Shown here piece after piece: positions 37,042-48,104 of a stretch of DNA of 64,000 bases (the stretch's first letter is position 1; the number at the start of each line of letters is the position of its first letter). Made by a program: the position numbers and the translations under genes. Origin of the DNA: Balamuthia mandrillaris (lineage: Eukaryota). Location of the stretch: NCBI GenBank assembly GCA_031835245.2, contig JAVKOQ020000003.1:248001-312000 (forward strand), read 5' to 3'. Under the pieces are notes generated by a model, which was not told the origin of the DNA, did no database searches, and was given only the letters and a program-made list of their open reading frames with translations.

Positions 37042-39075
37042 TGTTGGCAACTGCCAACATAACCAACTCTTTCTTTGTTTCTTTCTTTGTTCCTTTCTTC
37101 TTTTCTGTCAACAATCTCACGTTAGCTATCATTGATCTTTTATGTCGACACATAGCCATTCTGAAGATCTTTCTCCTGCCTTGCCTGGAACTTTCCTGAG
37201 CCTAGAACTTAAGAACAAAGAAACCAAGAAGTCACTCCCCAACCCCGAGCCTCTTTCCTTCCTTGGTTGCCTTCTCAACTATAAATACTTTTCCCACAAC
37301 CAAGAAGAGGCAAACAAACAAACAAAGAAACAATACACTCACAAACACACTTGTTCTCTTCTTCTCATTAAATATGTTTGGCTCCCATCTTTCTCTTTGT
37401 TCCTGTCTTGGTTCTATGCTCAGGTTCTAACATTTTTTTTGACAAGTCAAACCATTTGATGATGGAAGCTTTGCAACAGACACAACAGCAACAGCTGCAA
37501 AGCATGGCAACAGGAAACACAAATCAACTGCCACTGCCTATTTTTACTGGTAGTTTGTTATCCATAGATTCTCAGCAAACAACCACACAACAAATCTTGG
37601 CACTTCTGCAGCAGCAACAACAGCAACTGCAGCAGCAACAAATACAACTGCAATCTCTCCTTCAACAACATTGTCCACCTTGATGGTGCTTCCTCAGTCA
37701 TTCCGAGTCCGACCAGCTTCTGTTTCTTCATCCCCATCTCCCTCTCACATGTTCATGCACAACATGTTCCATGGTGCTCCTTTTGGCATCAAGACAGTTC
37801 CCATGTGTATGCAGCATCTGATGACCGTCATTCTCAATAAACTACACAATTGTTCTGCCCACTACATCAGTGATTGTCTAGTGCATACCAAGTCATCTTC
37901 TTCTCTTGATGATCATATCCACTTTGTGCTAGTATTTCTGCTCTCAATGATGCATGCCTTCATCTTCAAACTGAGAAATGTCATTTTGGCTTTACATGCT
38001 TGTTGGATTCATTGTTTCCTTCACTGGCTTCACCCCTGATTGGGACAAATTGTCTGCGCTTTGCTCCTTTCCTACTCTTACTACTGGAAAGCAATTGCAA
38101 TCCTTCCTCGGTTTTGCCAACTTTCTACGGCCTTTTATCCCTTGTTTTGCATGCCTTACAGCTCCTCTTGACGCTCTTCGATATGTCCATGATCTCTGAC
38201 CCTTCTGAACTACTGATTGTCAAGCTTCTTTGGAATTGATGCCTCCCAGAATGGTGTTGGTGCTGTTCTCTACCAAGAGACCCCAGACTAGCAACATCGC
38301 TACATTGCCTTTGCTAATTATGAACTCAATGATGCCCAGTGCAACTATCCAGCTACAAAACATGAGCTCCTTGCCGTTGTCTTTGCTCTTCTGCAATTTT
38401 GGTGCTGGCTCTATGGTCACCACTTTACCCTTTTCACCGATCACAAGGCTCTCACTTATCTCTTCACTTCCAAGCACTCCAATTATATGCTTAACAACTG
38501 GGCCTACATCATCCTTGAGTCTTCGACATTGTCCATGATCCTGGAATCAAAATGATCCTTGAAGACTGCCTCTCTTGACTTTATCTGAAGAATTTTTGGG
38601 AAGAGATGGTTCGGCTGGTCTAACCAGGCTGATAATCCCTCAATCTGCAAAGACTCTGACTCCTAAGACCTCCACATCTTCGTCTTCCGCCTTGTTTGCA
38701 CCTGGGTCATCTTCCCTCTCATCTTTTTTTCAGATTGAGCTTGATCAGTTTCCTCCTTCTTCTCTGTCAAAAGATCTCTCCACCTTTATCAAGATGTTCC
38801 ATGATAAGACTGCCCCCTTGTTGGAACAATAACAAGAACTTCTTCAAAAGTTTCACTCTGAAACTCATGAAGGTGCCTCCCATATCTTCAGTCGAATTTG
38901 GAATGAAGGATACTTCTGGCCTTCTCTTCACTCTGACTGTCACTTTGTCATGCGCTCTTGTAATGCTTGCTGATGCTTCAATGTGGCTAAACATGGCTTT
39001 CATCCTTTGAAGACCATTGCTACTACTTATCCATTTGACCACATTGCTATCAACCTCTTCGGCTCTCTTCCTTGG
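37042..39075 (+). mobile_element. Decayed Gypsy-type LTR retrotransposon (5' repeat 37042-37432; RT-RNaseH-integrase order), truncated by a LINE
   Basis: RT: GAPFGIKTVP, KQLQSFLGFANFLRPFIP. RNase H: DASQNGVGAVLYQ, NYPATKHELLAVVFAL, FTLFTDHKAL. Integrase: HSETHEG...YFWPSL..C..C, PFDHIAINLFG. Confidence 0.88.
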
Positions 39076-40607
39076 AGGTGACTCCTTCCAATAATTGTCA
39101 ATAGTGCAGGGGTTGTCAAAGTTAACATCCTTGAACAAGCAGGTGGTGGAAGCCCATGCTCTGTGGCTGAGAGAAGGAAAGAATGATCAAAAGACCAGAG
39201 CAGATTTTGTGGAACTCAGGAAAAGGTTTTTTGAAGTTGTGAAGAGCCAACAAACAGGACTGGATGAAGTGGAAAAGACAAGAGAACATCAAGGAAATGC
39301 AGAAATGGATTGGCAACATGTGGAGAATAGTGGCAAAGCATAGAGCAGAGCCCAAAGCTGTTATTAAGCACTGTGGTAGCATAGCAGCCTTCAAGGAACA
39401 TTGGGCAAAGCTGGGAAGGAAGGATCCTTCCATCAGGAGCTCACATCTAGAGGAAGCAGGTCTAGAAGGACCATCTTGGTCTGGCAGCAACTGGCTTAAG
39501 GAGAGCTTTAATCATGCATGGAGGAAAAGATTGAAGGTGGGCAAAGCAGCTGGAGGGATAATATCAATGGGGAAATGATGAAGTATGGAGGTAAACATGT
39601 GCAAGATGCAACTTTTGCCACTGATCAAGGCCATTGAGAACCAAGGCGTGTTTTCCAAGGAGTGGAAACAGGGGGTAGTTATCCCCTTGCATAAGGCAAG
39701 AGATCCCCAGAACCCAGCAAACTATAGAGGAATTACTCTCCTATAAGCAGTAATTCGCCATGCTGAGAGGCAAGATGGGCACTTTGAGCTTCTGGAAGAG
39801 ATTAGCCAAGCAAGGAAAGAAGAAGGTGAGAAGAGAGAAGGTGAGAGAAGTGAAGAGATGAGTGACATTGAAAAGAAAGCCAAGAGGATGAGGACCTTAA
39901 CTCGAGTAGCCAAGGCAGAGTATGCAGTTGAAGGAGAAAGAGGAACAAGAGCATGGCTTTGGCATAACTTCTTGACAAATGGAAGATGTTTGGTTGGACA
40001 ACAACAGAGCTTAGTGATTACCAACCCAAGGAAAGAACGATTGATGAATGCTATTTGCTGTGGTGGACTGCTCATTGGAAAAAAGTGGGGAGCCATTCAA
40101 CAGTCTGAAGAGGACAGTATGTGCCCTGCATACAATGCTGAGGAAGAAACAGCAGAACACTTCCTATTAAGGTGTCCAGATCTTTGGGAAGATTGTTTCA
40201 AAATCTGGAATGTGGACAATGGTGATGAAGAACTAGTTAGGAAGCTAATTATAGAAGACTGTACAACAAAGCTCCTGTCTAATGGAAAGAAATGCAACAG
40301 AGCTCAAGAGAGAGAACAATGCAAGCAAAGTTGTAAACGAGTTTGGAGATTATGGACAGCAAGAGCAAGTTGGAAGCATGGACGTTCTTCTGTATTTTAT
40401 CAATCTTTGGAAGTAATGTAATAGGAAGGAAAAGAGAAGAAAAGGGAAAGAAAAGAATAAATGGATGATACAAAGTTAGTCTGAAAGCTCATGAGGACGA
40501 GAGAGTAAGAAAAGTAAGAGTACACTATATATATACAATGCTTACTTTTTATGTATAGGTTGGTGTTGCTCTCAGAGCAAATAAAATTCTTATTACTACT
40601 ATTACTA
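39076..40607 (+). mobile_element. Decayed non-LTR (LINE) element: RT N-terminal fragment, C-terminal zinc finger, (TAC)n tail
   Basis: EWKQGVVIPLHKARDPQNPANYRGITLL, CPAYNAEEETAEHFLLRCP, and AATAAA followed by TATTACTACTATTACTA. The 5' boundary is approximate. Confidence 0.85.
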
Positions 40608-41265
40608 GTAAGCTATTTGACATTGTTGAAGTGTGCAAACATAGGAGAATGGTTGCTCCTTACTTGAAGGAGTATGAGTGGCTGTTCCAGAAAGGTGTGA
40701 CTATAGAAGGGGTGACCCAGGGTTCTTTGTTCAAGAGTGCTTCAAGGAAAACTTCAATCAGATTGGTCAAGGGATGAACTAAGACTAGAACAAAGAGAAA
40801 CTGTCCAAAGTAGTGGGTATTATTCAAAAAAGTCCTGTATGTCTTCATCTTCTTTACAGCTGGCTATTCCCTCAACTTGGTATTGTCTATATTATTCATG
40901 TGGAAGAAAGCTTTATACAGCTCCAAACCTAGGCATCAACTATGGCCATGATTAGATACCTATTTAACTGTTGGTTCCTTAGATGATACTAAATATTTAT
41001 TATATATTGTGTCAGTAACAGAATGCCAAGAGCTAGCCTATTCAAGGACAGTAAAAGCCAATTGAAAGTCTTTCTATTCATTCACCTATCCATCCTTTAC
41101 AGTCTTAGGATAGAGCACCATAGTTACCTCATCAAGGAAATAAAGATAATGACAACAACACATTGTATGAGCATCTTTTCTTCTTTGTCATCTGCATTGG
41201 TTCTTTAGTGCTGTGGCAGAAGAAGAGAAGAGGAAAATTAAGCTGTGGAAAAGTAAGAGTGAGCT

Positions 41266-41426
41266 GAGAAGGAGAAGGAGAAGGAGAAGGAGAAGGAGAG
41301 AGGAGAGAGGAGAGAGGAGAGAGGAGAGAGGAGAGAGGAGAGAGGAGAGAGGAGAGAGAGAGAGGAGAGAGGGAGAGAGAGGAGAGAGGAGAGAGGAGAG
41401 AGGAGAGAGGAGAGAGGAGAGAGGAG
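41266..41426. repeat. (GAAGGA)n/(GAGAG)n microsatellite at the island boundary
   Basis: Purine-only array. Confidence 0.9.
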
Positions 41427-41859
41427 AAAACCAGAAAGGCTTGTTAGGCCTCATCGAGGGACTCGTTCCGTCTCGGCTGCGGGGAGGTCACTGAGTGGGG
41501 CAAAGAGGACATCAACGATAGGTAAGCTGCGCCACCGGCTGGATCGCATGCAGAGTAGGCCGTTCGCCTAGTCGATGCAGCAGTGGCCTCGTAGCACCAT
41601 CTGTTGGCTCCTAAACGCGGGAGAAGGATGACGGAGAAGTTCCTGAGGAGGGGGAGGGGGCAGCGGTAAGTGGCACATGAATGGGTGAAACATGCAACCA
41701 CATTTTTTTTGATTGGGGGGGAGGGGGGCGGGATTAAAAAAATTGGGAAACAAGAAGAGGAGGACCTGCAGCAGCAGCAACACCAGTGAAAACCAAACAA
41801 CAACAAGCAGCAAGTTGGTTGGTTTGTAGGGCCACGCACGCACTGACGTTAACGCAGAG

Positions 41860-43287
41860 ATGGAAGGACCAAGAGGCGGAGGAGGAGGCTCCTTTGCCCC
41901 TGGTCCTGCTGCTGGCGGTGGACCCTACCATGGCGGAGGAGGAGGAGGCGGAGGGCATCACCACCACCACCACCACCAGGCTCACCACCAGTCAGAACGG
42001 GCAGCCTTGACCTCTTCCTCGGGAGGAGTAAGCAGCGGAGGAGGAGGTAGCGGCAGTGGAAGAGGCGGTGGAGGCAGTGGTGGTGCTGGTCTGGCTAAGA
42101 GGGGAGGAAGTGGCAGCGGTGGAGCGGGCGGAAGAGAGGGAAAAGTGATACGGGGCTCTGCTCCTGACGTTTTTACGAAAATAGCGGACCTTCGGCCCTA
42201 CATGAAGAGCATCAACTGTTTATTTATTGTATTGGAAAAGGGTCTCTTGCTCTTGCTCTTGCTCTTGCTCTTGCTCTTGCTCTTGTTCTTTGCTTTGTTT
42301 TTGTTTTGCTCTTGTTTTGTTTTGCTTTTGCCTTGCTCTTGTTTTGCTCTTGTTTTGCTCTTGCTCTTGCTCTTGCTCTTGCTCTGCTCTTGCTCTTGCT
42401 CTGCTCTTGCTCTTGCTCTTTGCTTTTTCTCTTGCTCTTGCTCTTGTTGTTTTGCTCTTGCTCTTGCTCTTGCTCTTGCTCTTGTTTCTCTTGCTCTTGC
42501 TCTTGCTCTTGCTCTTGCTCTTGCTCTTGCTCTTGCTCTTGCTCTTGCTTTTTCGTCTTCTTTCTGCGTTTTCTTCTTGGGCACTAACCAGTTGATTTTG
42601 TTCTCCTTGAAAAGGTGCGGTCACTAAAACCAAAGAGAACCACACCATATCTGATTGTCTAGTAGCGGACGGCAGTGCAGCCATCCGGTTGTCTTTATGG
42701 GACAGGCAAGGGGAGTCTCTTCAACCTGGCGACATTATAAAGCTTTCTGGCGGGTTTGTTACCCATTTCTTTCCTTCTTTTACGCTTATTAAAAAAACTA
42801 ACTGTATGTACAATGGGCACGTGATGGTTAGATATTGTACTCTGTTCAAAAATTCTTTGATACTTTACTCGGGCCGTCATGGCCACCTGGAGCGTGTAGG
42901 AGAGTAAGGATTTGCCTCCATGTTTCTTTGACCTTCTTATTGTGACTGTTCTCCGCGATGGCGTTGGATTCCCTTTATTTTCTTCTTATGAATGCTCTCC
43001 TTTTATAAAAGGTTCACCATGTTGTTTGCAGAGGCGCCCAATATGAGCATGCTGTCATGGGTAGCTACCAACCCTAACAATCCCAAATCTCTGGTACGGG
43101 GCTTTCTCCATCTTCCATGAATAGTGCCTTGTTTTGTTTGTTTGTGTGTTTGATGAGTGACTAATCAAGGGTGGATGGATAGGTGCCAGTGATGCCTTCT
43201 CCTCAAGGAATGCCATCCGGAATGGGACCAATGCATCCCCAAGCAATGCCTCCCCACGCTGGCGGCCGGATGCAACAAGGCCCCTAA
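41860..43287 (+). CDS. SOSS complex subunit B / NABP (OB-fold ssDNA-binding protein) with Gly/His-rich N-terminus
   Basis: KIADLRPYMKSINCLFIVLEK|GAVTKTKE...LVADGSAAIRLSLWD...LQPGDIIKL..|YCTLFK...RVGE|FTMLFAEAPNMS. Confidence 0.85.
42244..42549. repeat. (CTCTTG)n intronic microsatellite
   Basis: Fills NABP intron 1, starting right after the 5' splice site. Confidence 0.95.
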
Positions 43288-43577
43288 TCGCCTTTCTATT
43301 GTACACGTGAGAGAGAGAGAGAGAGAATGGGAGACGAGAGAAAGGAATAAATCCACACAACGCACGTGCTTCAGGGAAGAGTGAACCGTAAAAACAAAGA
43401 GCAACCACACACACACAAAGAAGAAAACCTGACGTCGGTTGGAGAGGGCTATCAGCTCCCTCTGCAGGGCAAGCCTAGGTGGAGACTGCAGTCTATCCCA
43501 GGAAGAACTGCAGTTGTAGAGGGGGGTGCGAAGAAAAGAAGAAAAAGAGGAGGGGTGTTGCCCGAAACACGCCAAAG

Positions 43578-44434
43578 ATGGCGGTAAGGGAAAGCGGTGC
43601 TCAGCTGCAGCATTACAGCTATGGGGGAAAGCACTTCGCAGTGCCCTGCTTTGAACCTGGATGCGGCTCCTCCTTCGTGCCAGATGGAGAAACGGCGACC
43701 CTCTCTTCCGATCTGAGCCGGTGTCTCGCCAGCCACAACGAAGCTGTCAGTCCTGTCGAAGACGACGACGACGAAGGCAACCAACAGACAATCAAAGAAA
43801 GCAGCAAAGACCTGCACGACAAACGGCGGCGGCACTGCATAACAACGTTCTGTAGCTTTCACTCCATTTGGGATCACCGACACTTTGAGGAAGTGCACGC
43901 CCCACTTATCGTCGGTCGGGTACCAAAAGAACACCAACACCTCTTTTCCTTTGCCTCTCCTTCTTCTTTTTCGTCTTTTTCCTCAACTTCTTCGTCTTGT
44001 TTGGTGGCACCTCTACCAAGAACGTTGGACATGCCCATTAAGTTTCCGGGAAGCAATGAATACAGGGTCCCTGCCGCTTTGGAACGGTTGCTTCCTATCA
44101 TTCGACAGATAGCTGACATGGAACATACTTTTATCTCTCCTTCTAATCTTGACTACTACTGCTACCTTACTGTTGATCAGGGCATCGTTCAACCTGGACA
44201 CACCCAACGGCACCCAGGTTCGCCCGCACCCTTTCTCTTCTCTGTCTCTGTCTCTGTCTCTCTGTTTCTCTGTCTCTCTGTCTCTCTGTTTCTCTTTCTC
44301 TTTTCTCTTTTCTCTTTCTCTCTTTCTCTCTTTCTCTTTCTCTCTTTCTCTCTTTCTCTTTCTCTCTTTCTCTCTTTCTCTCTTTCTCTCTTTCTCTTTC
44401 CCTTTCTCTTTCTCTTTCTCTTTCTCTTTCTCTT

Positions 44435-44465
<31 letters not shown>

Positions 44466-44494
44466 TTCTCTCTTTTTCTTTCTCTTTCTCTCTT

Positions 44495-44525
<31 letters not shown>

Positions 44526-45128
44526 TTGCTTCTTCTACGATGGTTTCGATAATCATCTTGAACAACAGGGTACCATGTGGATGGATTTCAAGGGAGTAGG
44601 GTCGACCCAAAGGTGATGGTGAATCACACCTATGTGGTTTCTGACTGCCTACCAACTGTATTTTGCTTGCAACGGTGGGAGGTGGAGCAGCTAGACCCCA
44701 CCAAGCACAACTTTTTTTTAGAGTTTGACCGACAGGCACAAGAAGGGAATGCCTGGCAGGCTGACCCCTTTGATATCGTTTTGCTAAACGCCTACACAGT
44801 GCACAAAGCGGCCACCTTGCCTTCTTCTTCTCCTCCGCTGGCGCGCACCTTTCTTCGGCTCTCTTACTCCGTGCGTGTGTTTGATAGGTAATATGACACT
44901 TTCTCAGTGCTTCGTGCGTCCGTCCTTCCCTCTTGGTTTTGGTGTTTGTACGCTAACGCAATCCTCCATAAAAGGCTTGGTAATGCGCACAACCCGCTTT
45001 TTGACTATAACTGGGAGATGGTGCCAAGAGATACACAATCCACATTGTCCCTTCGGCAACAACAAGAGGAGAATGCGGAGGAGGGAGAGGAGAAAGGAGA
45101 AGAAAGGGAAATAAAGATAATGCCGTAG
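43578..45128 (+). CDS. Putative 2-oxoglutarate/Fe(II)-dependent oxygenase, 3 exons
   Basis: YLTVDQGIVQPGHTQRHPG|YHVDGF (HxD), distal YTVHKA (His), RTFLRLS (2OG-binding Arg). Exons splice in frame. Confidence 0.65.
44240..44530. repeat. (TCTCTG/TCTCTT)n intronic microsatellite
   Basis: Pyrimidine array in intron 1 of the oxygenase gene. Confidence 0.95.
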
Positions 45129-45422
45129 GAGAATGGCCTACTTACTCCTCTGCAAGCAAGCAGCAGGAGGGGGAAAAGGGAAGGCAACTCGCGAGAAAAT
45201 TTAATTTAGAAATTCGGCGCTCGAGGGTCCCCTGAGCGACGGGTGACCGCACCGCGCATCCTCCCATCCTTCTCCCTTCCCCCTCCACCCCCCTCTCTCC
45301 CTCTTATCACACACTGGTCAGAACACACACGGCCCTTTAGTGCTCCTCCAAGCAAGCTCCTCTTTGTTGCGCTTTCTCCTTGCAACTTATTTATTTGAAC
45401 CAACAACTACAGCGAAAACACA

Positions 45423-46118
45423 ATGTCCGACGAGACCGCACAAACCCAGACCACCGAGGTGGAACAGAAGGAAGAAGAGAAGATCAAGATCGAGGAGGGT
45501 GATGATGAAGATATGCCCGCCTTGGAGAGCGCCACTGAGGCTGCCCCTGCCCCTGAGGGCGCGGAATCTGCCGAGGCCCGCTCCAAGAAACAGAGCCGCA
45601 CTGAGAAGAAGAGCCGTAAGGCCATCGCTAAGCTTGGCATGAAGCCCTTCCCTGGCGTCACACGAGTGACCGTGAAGAAGGCTAAGAACGTGAGCATCTC
45701 CATTCTGAATTGCTTTTTCTTTATTGTCCTTTTCCCCTCTTCTTTGCGTGCTTACTCTGCATTTTCAAATGTATAATATCAGATCCTCTTCGTTATCAGC
45801 CAACCTGACGTTTTTAAGAGTCCCAACTCTGATACCTACGTTATCTTCGGTGAAGCCAAAATCGAGGACAACCAATGGGCAGAGACCGCCAAGCAGTTCG
45901 AGAAGCAAGTTGCTGAGGCTGAGGCTGAGGCCGAGGAAGGTGGCAAGGAAGCTGCTGGCGCCGAGGCTGGTGCGGAAGAGGTTGACGAAACGGGAATCGA
46001 AGAGAAGGACATCGAGCTGGTCATGTCACAGACCACAGCGACGCGAGCTCAGGCAGTGAAGGCCCTCAAGAAGACCGAAGGCGATATTGTGAACGCTATC
46101 ATGGAGTTGTCAATGTAA
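45423..46118 (+). CDS. NACA: Nascent polypeptide-associated complex subunit alpha
   Basis: [48 protein letters not shown]-like DIELVMSQ...[12 protein letters not shown]. Confidence 0.95.
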
Positions 46119-46397
46119 TAAGTTGGGGGTCCTTCGTGGCACCTTTTTGGAGGAAGCAACAACAAACAGCAATTGCCGTAACCTTGTGTCTGTGCCGTAA
46201 AGGCATCACTCCCTCCTTCCCCGTTCTTGTTGTGGTTGTTGCTTGTGCAGTCTGTGATGAGAAACGTTATCATCCCATATTGGGCGGTTAACTGTCTGTG
46301 GCTGGGAAACTGTTTTGGTGACTTGCGAGGTTGGCCTCTACCATGTCTCTTAACTCCTCGTTCTTTTTCTTCATCTCTCTCGCTCTCTCTCTCTTCC

Positions 46398-46432
<35 letters not shown>

Positions 46433-46728
46433 TTGGGAAGGGGGCTGTGCAGTGGTGAAGGGTTCGAACAGACGTTGCCTGCTCTGACTACTCTGTAACG
46501 AAAACGAGGGGTCATATCAGGGCATAGTTTGTGGGCAGCCGCTTCCGTTTCCCTTCAGCAGCAGCAGCAGCAGCAGCAGCACTGTTGGCGTAGGTAGTGC
46601 TCGAGTTGTTACGCTGGGCGGGCGGGTGGTGGTTGTGTAAGAAGCTTTTGCTGTTGCGTTAAGTGGTCAGCTTCTGCTGTGTTGATTGATAGTGGTTACC
46701 CACTACACGTATCTCTTGCAACACAAAA

Positions 46729-47954
46729 ATGCAAAGCAAGTACAGGCGAGTGGAAAAGCCAAGGACTGAGTTTAGCGAGATTCAAGAAAATGAGCTTAGG
46801 ATTACGACACAAGGCAAAACAAGAAACTTTATAGCTTACGCTACCATTCTCTTTAAGGTTTGTACACTTTATTGCTCCTTTTTGGCAATGGCTGGATGGC
46901 AGGTCTCAGACTTTTGGTGTGGCTTCAGGAAAAAGGAGCCACTGAGATCGTGTTGAAAGCAATGGGCCGTGCCATCAACAAGTGCGTCACAATAGCCGAA
47001 ATCATAAAAAGAAGAATCGCTGGACTTCACCAAGTTACCGTCATTGGCTCCACCGACATTACAGATGTCTATGAACCGCTCGAAGAGGGTTTAGACAGGT
47101 ACTTTGGCCCGTTCGCGGCAGTATGACACGTGCTGGCAACTTGCACAATATGCTAACTGTGCGCATGTAACAGGTTGGAAAACACTCGCCATGTTTCTTC
47201 CATTACTATAACGCTCTCAACCAATCCTCTTGATAGTAGTGCCCCTGGGTACGTAGTGCTTTGTCCTATGGTCTCAACTTACTTCTGACTTGCATTCAGA
47301 TATCAGCCACCAATCCCAGAAGAGTTGGTGGTGGAAGACCAGAGAGCAGCCGTCCCAAAGCCTTTGGTAGCACCTGCAGCAGCCGGAGGAGTAGGGGGAG
47401 TATTGCGCGGTGGTAGTGGTAGGGGCAGAGGCAGAGGAGGACGAGGAAGAGGAAGAGGACGGGGCAGAGGAAGGGGAAGGCCTTCTCCTCCCACCACGGC
47501 CACGGATACGGCCCCAACCCCGCCTCAGCCCGTCAGTGCTGATGCTGGACCAAGCGGCCAGCCAGAGGCTGCTGAGACATCAGCGACAAGCGTAGGAGGA
47601 ACTACAGCTGGGGCAGCTCCTTCTGGAACTCAAGGAAGAAGCAGGGGTTATCTCAGAGGTTATCGCAGAGGCAGAGGACGCGGCAGACGGCCTTTCAATG
47701 GCAACATTGAAGCTACAGAACCCACTGCACCACATCCTTCAGGAAGAGGCGTTGGTGGCTTTGGCGGAGGAAGGGGCATGGGAAGAGGTGGCAGAGGAGG
47801 GCGAGGCGGTAGAGGCAGAGGTAGAGGAGGGAGAGGTCGGGGTCGTGGCCGAGGAATTGCACACCCCTCTTCTGTGCCAAGTGGAGGTGAAGCCTCAGCT
47901 CCTTCGACAGTAACATCATCAGCTGTGGAACAAGCAAGTACCTCACAACAGTGA
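46729..47954 (+). CDS. Alba-domain (RPP25-like) protein with RGG-rich tail
   Basis: ENELRITTQGKTRNFIAYA, VLKAMGRAINKCVTIAEIIKRRIAGLHQ, YEPLEEGLD, RHVSSITITLS, and RGRG repeats. Confidence 0.9.
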
Positions 47955-48104
47955 GCAAGAAAATCATAGGTCTAAGCTTCATCAATGGAAAAGAAAAGAA
48001 AAAGAGACTAGATTCGGCGTGATCTTGGTTGGCGCCGTCTTAATGCTTTATTTTCGTTGTTGTCCCATTGATCCGCTTGATCTTGGCGCCTGCGTCTTAG
48101 CACC

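Larger units (their letters stand above)
29640..41200. mobile_element. Island of nested, decayed retroelements (AT-rich, CpG-depleted)
   Basis: No intact host gene is recognisable. It contains LTR-like repeats, gag, Gypsy pol and LINE fragments with many stops. Confidence 0.85.

Noticed and set aside
37100..37450. Self-priming by LTR TGTCAA pairing with TTGACA
   Set aside because: The match is only 6 bp, and the copies of the other element indicate the ancestral site was GTCGAC, so it may be a decay artefact.
42198..42684. ORFs of poly-RA/KS/CS/L
   Set aside because: They are translations of the (CTCTTG)n intronic repeat.
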